A stretch of DNA of 64,000 bases, from the NCBI GenBank assembly GCA_001600695.1, contig BCKQ01000014.1:188937-252936 (forward strand), given 5' to 3'. Shown here in pieces: positions 13,866 to 23,230 of the stretch. The notes below the pieces were generated by a model. That model ran no database searches. It worked only from the letters and a program-made list of their open reading frames with translations, and was not told the DNA's origin. Numbering within the stretch: the stretch's first letter is position 1; the number at the start of each line of letters is the position of its first letter. The translations under genes were made by a program, and so were the position numbers. Source of the stretch: Ascoidea asiatica JCM 7603. Taxonomy: Eukaryota > Fungi > Ascomycota.

Positions 13866-14353
13866 TGATTGTTAATCAGTTTATTTTTTTATTGGAACTG
13901 TCTTCGAATATTTTAGGCTATTCTTAGACTTTCTAAGATTGCATAGATTGTTCAACGACTACATGCTATTGCGTTCTCAGAAGTTCTGTGTGCATGTTAA
14001 ATGTACTAGAACGTTCTGGGTCTGCATTATTTATTTTTTCTTTGAAGTTCTGTGTGCATCTCGAGTGTACAGGAATCTTCGTGTGTTCTTAGAATAACCT
14101 AGTGTCTTCCAGAACAATACTTTATTTTATTTCTTTTCTTAAGTATGGGAAGTGAACTTTCACATACTAAATTTACAAATTTATTCTTAAGATGGGTTAC
14201 CCGCTCCTATTTTCCACTAATATAAATAGGGCACTTACCGCCCATATTTTTTATATAATTTTTATATATTTTATATTTTAATTAACAATTGTTTAAAATT
14301 TGAATTAGATATCTTCTTAGTAATAATTAGATATTTCGTTCGAACTACAATCA
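13866..14353 (+). repeat. 3' LTR (488 bp)
   Basis: Has TG...CA termini with a 7-bp terminal inverted repeat TGATTGT/ACAATCA; direct repeat of 7942-8432. Confidence 0.9.
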
Positions 14354-14712
14354 AATGCAATATCAAACGCAATATAAAAAAGCGCAGTGTTAAACGCAGA
14401 AGAGAAAAAAACAACCCGGAAAAAACAAATCCGGATGTTTAGCCGGAAATAGATCAAAAAATTTTGTATGAGAATTAATGGCGGATATTTTCAATGTCTT
14501 GCTGCCATATTGAATGTTCTGGAATACTGGCTCAAGAAACTGTCATTTTTCAAGCAAAGTAATGTTCCTGTTCAAATATTTGAGAAGACTTGCTTAAGGG
14601 AGTTATCGATACAATTAGATTGAAAGACTTTCAAATTATTTAAGATAGTTGATTACATTTCACATTTATATTGTTTGTTGAAGTCATTTATTACGTTTAT
14701 ATTATATTTAAA

Positions 14713-15360
14713 ATGAGTTTTACAAGAAGAATTCTAAAAGAATTGCAAGATGTTAAATCAGATTCAGAAACTGAAATTTCAGTTGAATTAATAAATCCAA
14801 ATGATTTATCTAAATTAAAAGGATCATTTATTGGACCTTCAGATACTCCATATGAAAATGGTAGATTTTCTATTGATATTAAAGTACCTACAGATTATCC
14901 ATTTAGTCCACCAAAATGTAATTTTATTACAAAAGTTTATCATCCAAATATTTCAAGTCAAACTGGTGCAATTTGTTTAGACCTTTTAGGTAAAGCTTGG
15001 ACCCCAATTTGTACATTAAAATCAACATTAATTTCAATACAACAATTATTAGAAAGTCCAGAACCTAGTGATCCTCAAGATGCTGTAGTTGCAAATGTTT
15101 ATATAAATGATAGAAATAAGTTTAATGAAACTGCAAAAGAATGGACAAAAAAATATGCATATTTTGATGATAAAGAAACTAAAGAATCAAATATCAATAT
15201 AGATGATAATAAAGGTATAAATCCGCAAACAATTGAAATATTTACAAAAATGGGTTATGAAAAATCTAAAGTTGTTAATACTTTATTTTCTCTTAAAATA
15301 ACAAATTTAAATCCAAATGATTATGAAAAAATAAACTCTGTATTTAATGCTCTTGGTTAA
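14713..15360 (+). CDS. UBC1: E2 ubiquitin-conjugating enzyme with C-terminal UBA-like domain
   Basis: ATG at 14713 (MSFTRRILKEL; the track start at 14671 is a TTG). HPNISSQTGAICLDLL active site, SPEPSDPQDAVVA, and a C-terminal FTKMGYE UBA-like segment. Confidence 0.92.
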   Translation: MSFTRRILKELQDVKSDSETEISVELINPNDLSKLKGSFIGPSDTPYENGRFSIDIKVPTDYPFSPPKCNFITKVYHPNISSQTGAICLDLLGKAWTPICTLKSTLISIQQLLESPEPSDPQDAVVANVYINDRNKFNETAKEWTKKYAYFDDKETKESNINIDDNKGINPQTIEIFTKMGYEKSKVVNTLFSLKITNLNPNDYEKINSVFNALG

Positions 15361-15946
15361 AATTAATTATGTCAAATGATTTTTTTTTTTTCCCCCTTTC
15401 TTTTTTTTCTATTTTATAATGTCAACCTAAACTCTTAATTTCTCTCTCAATCACTAATTTCTTTCTTAAATTCATTAAGTAAAATATAGAACTTTTAAAT
15501 ATTAATTTGTTTAGTATATAATAATAACATTAATCAAACCGCTACAGAAGAAATAATCCGTTACAGGAGAAAAAAAACCTCAAATTTCCAATCGGTGAAA
15601 TTTATCTACGTTAAGCGAACCCCGAAGATGACTTCAATCTCGAAAAAGTGTATAGTTGAAACTGGGTTTCTTATCATAAGAATAGATAGCCAATTACCTT
15701 CTTTTACATTATTTCAAAAGCTATAAGAGATCTATAAAAATTTATGATCATGTTATATAAAGCTTATATAGGAGTTATAACTACTTTCCTAAAATTCATA
15801 AAAATCTCCATTTATTTCTATATTTAATTGAGCTTTCTATCTCTTTTTTTGTGTCGTAATTTTATTCAAATTTTACTATTATCTTTATCATTATTATTAA
15901 TTCTTGAATTTTTTCATATTATATATATATATACAAACATATAAAA

Positions 15947-16984
15947 ATGAGTCCATTAGATAAATTTAAAAAATATCCATTAACATTCGGTCCATCACCG
16001 ATTACCGAATTTAAAAATCTTTCAAAAGAATTAGGAGGTAAAGTTGAAATTTTTGCCAAAAGAGAAGATTGTAATTCAGGATTAGCATTTGGAGGTAATA
16101 AAATTAGAAAATTAGAATATATTATACCTGATGCAATTGATGGAAAGTATGATACATTAGTTTCAATTGGTGGTATTCAAAGTAATCAAACAAGACAAGT
16201 TGCAGCAGTTGCAGCAAATTTAGGTTTTAAATGTGTTTTAGTTCAAGAAGATTGGGTACCATTAGAATTAAATGAAAAATTAAATTCTCAAGATAAAGAT
16301 ATTTATGATAAAGTTGGTAATATTCAATTATCAAGAATTATGGGAGCAGATGTTAGATTAGATCCTTCTAAATTTGATATTGGTATTAGAAAATCATGGG
16401 AAAATGCATTAAAAGATTGTGAAGATAAAGGTTTAAAACCATATCCAATTCCTGCAGGATGTTCAGAACATTTTAAAGGTGGATTAGGATTTGTTGGATG
16501 TTTTGAAGAAATTATTAAACAAGAAAAAGAATTAGGATTTAAATTTGATAAAATTGTTTGTTGTACAGTTACTGGAAGTAGTTTAGCAGGATTAATTGTT
16601 GGTGCTAAAATTTATAATAGAACTCAAGATATTATTGGAATTGATGCATCATATACAATTGAAAAAACTAGAAATCAAGTTTTAAGAATTTGTCAAAATA
16701 CTGCAAAATTACTTGAATTAAAAGAATCAATAACTGAAGATGATATTCATATTGATGATAGATTTGCATATCCTGCTTATGGTGTTCCAAATGATGGTAC
16801 AATTGAAGCTATTAAATTATGTGGATCTCATGCTGGAGTTTTAGTGGATCCAGTTTATGAAGGTAAATCTTTACAAGGTCTTATTCATTTGATTAGAAAT
16901 AATGAAATTAAAGAAGGTTCCAAAGTTTTATATATTCATCTTGGTGGAGCTCCAGCTTTAAGTGCTTATGAAGCCTGTTTCTAA
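15947..16984 (+). CDS. acdS: 1-aminocyclopropane-1-carboxylate (ACC) deaminase, PLP-dependent
   Basis: [21 protein letters not shown] contains the PLP lysine; SNQTR is present. DPVYEGKS and HLGGAPAL carry the Glu and Leu that distinguish ACC deaminase from D-cysteine desulfhydrase. No intron. Confidence 0.95.
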   Translation: MSPLDKFKKYPLTFGPSPITEFKNLSKELGGKVEIFAKREDCNSGLAFGGNKIRKLEYIIPDAIDGKYDTLVSIGGIQSNQTRQVAAVAANLGFKCVLVQEDWVPLELNEKLNSQDKDIYDKVGNIQLSRIMGADVRLDPSKFDIGIRKSWENALKDCEDKGLKPYPIPAGCSEHFKGGLGFVGCFEEIIKQEKELGFKFDKIVCCTVTGSSLAGLIVGAKIYNRTQDIIGIDASYTIEKTRNQVLRICQNTAKLLELKESITEDDIHIDDRFAYPAYGVPNDGTIEAIKLCGSHAGVLVDPVYEGKSLQGLIHLIRNNEIKEGSKVLYIHLGGAPALSAYEACF

Positions 16985-17129
16985 TATTTCTAACTAATAT
17001 TTCAGATAATATAGATAATATAGATAATTTAGATAATTAAAATAAATAAAATCAAAATAATTAGCATCACTAAATAATACGAGATCAAAGACCCTTAAAG
17101 TAATAATTTATCATTATATCGAGGTCTTC

Positions 17130-17194
17130 GAGAAATACTAAGTGAAGTCACATCATCTCTATTTGCAGACACAACATCTCTATTTGCAGACATT
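17130..17194 (+). repeat. Left TIR with two internal 18-bp direct repeats
   Basis: GAGAAATACTAAGTGAAGTCACAT-CATCTCTATTTGCAGACA-CAA-CATCTCTATTTGCAGACA-TT. Confidence 0.95.
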
Positions 17195-18276
17195 TTCAGC
17201 CTCATAACGGCGCATATTTACTTGATTAGGAAATATAAGGCGTAACAACTTTTGAACAAAAATTATATTGACATTTAGCTATTTATCCGTACCATGGAAT
17301 ATATCTTCTCCAAAATCCTTTTTCCCATAAATAATTGTGGGCCTTTAAACAATAAAAGAGGCCCACTTCAAACAAATGAATCCCAAAATGTTTGAACAGT
17401 AATTTGACCGGCACTTTTATTTATTACCCTTTTCTTTACTTCTGCCTTCGGTTATATCACATGTCTCCACCCCTTTTTTACCCTTCAAATATGTGTTTTT
17501 AATGATACTACTAGAATCTCAAACAATAGGAACCTGGTTATACTTCTTTAAAAGGATTAAAATCTAATAATGTCTACTGTTATGTATTTTATTCAAAGCT
17601 TCAAAAAGATCATTAGTTCATGTAATGGTTTCTTCTTTTATTAATTATATATATGTTTATTAACTTGGTTCAATTGTTAAAAACGTCTTAGCCAATTACT
17701 TTTTTATGATTTCTTTCATTCAAGCTAAAAAACTTAAACATTGTTTATTATATAGTTCTTACTAATCTTTCAAATAATTAACCAATTCAGCTAAATCAAC
17801 TTCAATATTACAATCACATAGTATTGTGCAAACATCTTAATTCAAATCTGATATGAAAGAGACTAAGACAAATAAATTAATTCTTTTTTAAATAATTTTT
17901 TACCACGTTTTTGTCACAAGATACTAAAATAAAATATGTTTTATTCCCTAAATTGTTAATCAACTAGTATGACTTTCATAAGTCAATCCACATTTAATTG
18001 ATTTAAACATTATCTAAATCCTCTTCTATCTCTTCTTCAACTATTCATTTCAATAGATAAACCCTTTTTGGTTTTCGTAATTAAGGAAAGGTCAAATGAA
18101 TTATTAACTGATGTTTGTTTTTGCCTTTGTTACATTGTTTATTTTATTGCTTGTAGTCTATTGTCTATTGTTTATTCATTATTGAGGTATGATAATTACA
18201 TCTATATTATTATTCTATATAAAAAAACAATAAAACAATAATAATAATAATAATCAATAAGAAAAGTGTTAATTAA

Positions 18277-19079
18277 AGTTCCAACTCAATCATTCAAAAA
18301 CTACAAATCTTAAATTCTAGACATGAGCAGAATTTTATTGAACACAATTTATCGAATCCAATTAAATCTCAGTATGGAAATCGAAAAGGAGATTCAAGAC
18401 CGAATTCTATTGTTTTAAATTTATATTCTGATCATATCTATAAGGAGCAGTCTACAAATGAAAACAGTTCAAGTGTCGCCACCAATGACAACACCAAAAA
18501 TGATACTAGAATATTTAGTTGAAGCCATTCAAATACCAACTTCTTTTTTCATGATCTTAACTCAACTTTGTTAGACCAGTTTGAAATGAAAATGGAAAAC
18601 CTATTAATGTTTGAAGACACCTACGATAATAGCATTAATAATGAGAATATGATCAATGAGAGAAATAGTTACAATAATCTAAACCTATCTCTGCAGCAGT
18701 AAGTTCTTCTGTTATGGGTCCTTCTAAAGTGGGAACGTCTACTGTAATTGTTTCTCCCATTGAAGATTAAAGCCTCTTAACAAAAAATAATGATTCTTTG
18801 GATGATGATCTAGACAAACCTTTTTCCCATTTAAATGTCAAACCAAATATCCCTGGGGGGTTCTTTTGGAATTTTTAATCAATCCTTTTCTGATGATAAA
18901 AAGAAACTTAATATCATACCCTCTCCAATTGTTGTTCCACTTATTTCTACAGGTGCTGGTTTCTTTAGGTGTCTTCTCCTTTACCGCCACTGGGAAACGA
19001 CTTGCAGCAATAATCTTAGGAATTTAATATTGACGAATTCGATATTGAAGAGTTTGATAATACATTAACAATCTGTTAG
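18277..19079 (+). pseudogene. Decayed coding cargo inside the TIR element, product unknown
   Basis: One frame reads about 140 codons (18277-18702) with a single internal TGA at 18520. Protein-like text then continues through frameshifts to ...EFNIDEFDIEEFDNTLTIC*. A TATATAAA lies about 60 bp upstream. Confidence 0.5.
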
Positions 19080-19465
19080 TACTGTACTTCTTTTATATAT
19101 ATTTTTGGTTATTTATTCTCTAAAAGAAAGTTTTTCTAATTGTTTGAGTCTTGAAATATAAATTTCTTTCAGAACAGACCTCGGTGTTTCAAAAAACTTC
19201 ACGAGTTAAGTAACCGGTTTGTCATTTCCGGTAAATGCGTGGGCGGTTTTTAAACATTTCACTTAAAATATATGTTCCATTTATAGAGGGTACCTGGTTT
19301 CCCATGTTAATACTTTCTGGTCACTCTTAAAACCTTCGGGCCCGATTTTAAATCCTTTGTCGGATTCAAATGCGGTTATTTTCCGGATTTTGGGTGATTT
19401 CCGCTGAGCTTTTTCAAAAGTTCATTTTTCAAAAACGTGACAAAATTACTTCCTAAATAGGAAAT

Positions 19466-19530
19466 AATGTCTGCAAATAGAGATGTTGTGTCTGCAAATA
19501 GAGATGATGTGACTTCACTTAGTATTTCTC
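19466..19530 (-). repeat. Right TIR
   Basis: Exact reverse complement of 17130-17194. Confidence 0.95.
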
Positions 19531-20491
19531 GAGGTCTTCGACCATCACGTGACCTTGGCTTGCAGTCTTACTGCATAAATTAAAACGCAGAAAAGAAAAC
19601 TTCCACGCAGTTTGAAACGCAGTTTTAGTTACATACCAGCCGCACGTTACCAGCCCCAAACACGGCGCGTGGCAATGCCTTGCCTGCCCAAGGAGATCCG
19701 TGACCCTGGCGAAATGGCTCCGGCCACGGCTTTTGCGGCAGGGATCGCAGAATTGCACTCACCTCGTGGAAATAACCGAAAATCTAGTTTTTCGAGATAT
19801 CCAAGAAAAAAAAAGATGGTTTGTTTCCGAATGAGAAATCTCTATGTTAAAGAAAATAGCTTTCTTACTCGAATAAATAAATGTTTATTTCCTAAGGATT
19901 GAGAGAGGTCAATTTTAGGTTTCTTTCGCAATTATAATGTCGATAATATGATTTCAACAATATTATTTCGACAATTTCGATTGACTTGGCTTTTCCCCTT
20001 TCTCGAATTATATTTTTCTTTGAATCAACTTTATAAAAGAAAATCAAAAAAAAAGATAGATGGGAAAGTCATTTATCTTCAATCATGATTTTTTCTTAAT
20101 TTATTCATATTGAAATATATATTTTAATATTTCCTTCAAAGGTATTATTCAAAAGCACATGTTCTAGGTGCCAATTATTTAATTCAATAGATTTATTAAA
20201 TTAATTGTTTTCTTTTTTTTTTTTTTCGAGTAAATGCCGTTTGAATTCCTTTTGTTTCTATTCAAGTAAATTTATACCAACTTATTTTATTTTATTTCAA
20301 ATCGTCTATGAGACAAATAATCAAAAAGAGAAGTAATTTAATAGAAAATTTCTTTTATTAGTCTATATAAACGTTTTCTCCATTCTTGAAAATATAAAAA
20401 TTTATTTTAAATATAGAATATCTAGAATATTTTATTTAATAACTTACGAGAATTATTGTATTCGAATTTTTATAACTCTATCTTCGATTCT

Positions 20492-20560
20492 TTATTCGAT
20501 TCCTTAATTAATTCCTTATTCAGTTCCTTATTCGATTCCTTGTTTAATCTTTTATTCAAT
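20492..20560. repeat. 12-bp minisatellite (TTATTCGATTCC-like, about 6 degenerate units)
   Basis: Units start at 20492, 20504, 20516, 20528, 20540 and 20552. Confidence 0.7.
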
Positions 20561-22143
20561 GATCATTAAAAACTTTTCCGAATAACTTTTAACTTAAAAG
20601 ATTTTAAACGAGATGTTTTGTGAAAAAAATAATCAAATAAAACAATACAAAATTAAAACTGTGGAGAAATTTTATAAACTCTTAAACTATTATGGCTTCT
20701 TCTAAATAATAATGATATTCAAATCTTTAATTTCAATAGTAAAATCATAATATCTGATCTAAAATCTTTAATATTAATAATTTTATTTACTTTTGATTTC
20801 TTTTGTTTATTCTTCTTTTAGCCGTTTATTGAATTTTTATTTGAATTTTTTAACAGAAAAATATCTCTTAAATGTAAAACGTTTATTAACTTTTGACACA
20901 TTTATTATTCTATTAACTTAAATCCTTTTAAGATGTTTTTTCTATTATTTTTTTTTCTATTCAAATCCTTTTCAAATGTTGGTTTTGAATGTTCATTCAA
21001 TTTCTCATACAAAACACCAATGTTAACAAAAATCTTGTTTATTGTATGATAAGAAGAGCAAAAAAAGCTTGGTTACTGCTGAGTACAAGTTCAACGCCCA
21101 TAAGTACAGATTGAAGCCTTTCAAAGAGTTAAAATTAAACAGGAGATTGCGTAACTGATAAATAATGAGAAAAAAAAAGAAAATGAATAATACTTAAAAC
21201 AATTAGCAAAGAAAACAAAAACTTATGTTTAATTTTTCACCAAGAAGAAGAAGATTTATTGTTCTTAGACCAGCAAAAGCAGCAACCTCAACAAAAAAAA
21301 CAGTCATATAAAGAAGCAAGAGTTGCTCAAACTAGCGATATTGAACTCAATCAGCTGGCTCATTAAGCATTTTCTAGTTGAAAAATATGCAAAGTTATAA
21401 AAAATTAAACATTTATTCTTCTCTTTCAACGCTTTTGATGCCCTTTAATTTTCGCTTATTTAAAACCTTATTAACCCATTGGCCTTGCCAGTGAGTTAAC
21501 TGCTTGTTTTTAGACCTTTTGGCCTTGAGACAAGAGAAGATAGCCTGAGAATAAAACCCATTTTAATGCTCTTTTTTTAATGAAAGGTCCATAGAAGCCA
21601 TAGAATTTACAAAAAATATAAAAATTAAATACAAAAAGTATTGAAATTAGTTAAAATAGAAAAAATTAAAAAGTTATAAACATATGAATATATAAAAATA
21701 TTAAAATTATGATTTTTTATTCACACCATTCGCAGACTTACATATTTACACTAGAGTTTCGTAATACAATACTATACTTTCCTATTAATAATTTACCAAA
21801 GTTAACTTGAATTATTCATATATTTTTATTCTTCATTTGATTCTCTATTTAATTAAACAGATTCAATTTCAAAGATATTTTTATAAGTATTAATATAAAT
21901 ATTGTTATAAGTACGCAAGAATTTATCTTGATTTTGATCTTTAAGATATATTTTTGATTTTAAATTATTTTATTTTTATTCAATCCAATTCATTATAGCT
22001 TATATATACTATTTAAATATTCTAATAAGATAAACTAAAACCAAATTATATTATATTATATCGCATTATTATACTAAATAATATCAAATCAGAAAACCAA
22101 TAAATTTCAATAAATTTCAAATATTCAAAAAATATTCTTAAGT

Positions 22144-22314
22144 ATGAGTAACAGAAATCCAAGTAATCACAATCAATGTATTCAAGTAATTAGATTAGAT
22201 TATAGTAATATACCTACAATAAATATAGATGATGATAGATACTTTCAGAATAATAATGATGATAGAAATCATGAAAAAAAAGGACTACTATCAAAATTGT
22301 TCAAAAAAAACTAA
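22144..22314 (+). CDS. Candidate 56-aa microprotein
   Basis: ATG-to-TAA ORF below the track cutoff: MSNRNPSNHNQCIQVIRLDYSNIPTINIDDDRYFQNNNDDRNHEKKGLLSKLFKKN. A at -3, host-like composition, TATA-like run about 140 bp upstream. Confidence 0.4.
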   Translation: MSNRNPSNHNQCIQVIRLDYSNIPTINIDDDRYFQNNNDDRNHEKKGLLSKLFKKN

Positions 22315-22972
22315 TATGCTCATCAATTCATCAATTTAACAAATCATTAGTTCTTCAATTATTCATATCTAATGAAGGAAACTAATTCATAAAACTCTTA
22401 CATTTTTTTTTTACTATATTCGTTATTTCGATAATCTCATAACTCTTAATGACTTTCAAGCTAATTCTAAATAAATTTTCATTATCATCTTTTCATTTCT
22501 TCATTGGAGTAACTTTTAATTGTCATTTTTATTTTTCAAAACTATATCTTTTAAAAAAACAAATCAAAAAACATATTAATATTCAGTTCTCCTTTTGTAC
22601 TTTATTTATCTTATTTATTGCTGGTCTCAAAACTTTTCATATTTTATATCTTCAACTTTTCAAAACATATTTTCTCCAAAAAATAATAATAATTCTAATA
22701 CTTTCTTTACTGATTTACTTTACAATTAATTACTTTCATATTGCTTTTTTTTCTAATATTCAATAAACAATCAAAATCAATAAATAAACGTTTAAAAAAA
22801 CGCCGTAGACAAAACAAAAGAACAATCGACGCAGAGACCACAAACACGGGTCTGGTTTGATTTTCCCTTTTTTGGATTTATATTTCGGAATTTCGAGGGG
22901 CACTTGACTCTTTTGGTTGAAGAAGTTTTTCGGAATTACTTGAAAACGGGTATAAAGAGCCTCGGAAGTCAT

Positions 22973-23112
22973 GCTCATCAGCTTTTTCCCCCTTTTAATT
23001 TATGAGATGGACTCCGGTTTTTTTGAAATATTCCACTTTGGGAAATTAGGTTTGTATTCCGGTCACTGAAAATTTTTTTTTTTAGAGTTATAAATTTATT
23101 TAATTTTTCAGT
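22973..23112. promoter_or_regulatory. Ribosome-biogenesis promoter motifs (PAC plus two RRPE) upstream of UTP20
   Basis: GCTCATC (GATGAG reverse) at 22973-22979, TGAAAATTTT at 23067-23076, and an inverted AATTTTTCA at 23102-23110. Confidence 0.65.
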
Positions 23113-23230
23113 GGATTTAAATGAGATTGAAAGAAATAATCAGAAAATATTTGGAAAGATTTATAATAAATTTATATGACAAGAACTAAAAGAAGTTTTA
23201 TTGTACTACCATAATATAGATTTATCAATA

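Larger units (their letters stand above)
7942..14353 (+). mobile_element. Full-length but inactivated Ty3/gypsy LTR retrotransposon
   Basis: Two direct repeats of about 490 bp flank gag, CCHC, PR, RT, RH and IN remnants in gypsy order. Putative 4-bp TSD is AACG (7938-7941) versus AATG (14354-14357), with one mismatch. Confidence 0.93.
17130..19530. mobile_element. Non-autonomous Mutator-like (MULE) DNA transposon, 2401 bp
   Basis: Perfect 65-bp TIRs (17130-17194 and 19466-19530) beginning GAGAAATAC. Identical 9-bp flanks GAGGTCTTC at 17121-17129 and 19531-19539. No intact transposase ORF inside. The superfamily call rests on the 9-bp TSD and GAG terminus. Confidence 0.85.

Noticed and set aside
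17154-17192. 18-bp direct repeats as a CRISPR-like array
   Set aside because: Only two units with a 3-nt gap, part of a TIR, in a eukaryotic context.
17130-19530. Inverted repeat as a Komagataella-type centromeric IR
   Set aside because: The arms are only 65 bp and are flanked by a target-site duplication, which fits a transposon.
15947-19530. ACC deaminase as cargo of the TIR element
   Set aside because: The gene ends at 16984, outside the left TIR and TSD.
19519-19902. ORFs 19519-19758 and 19612-19902
   Set aside because: Composition is unlike host genes and no motif is recognisable; they are likely chance ORFs in a GC-rich island.
21471-21500. TTAACCC as a piggyBac end
   Set aside because: No matching GGGTTAA partner end was seen; it is only a short local imperfect hairpin.
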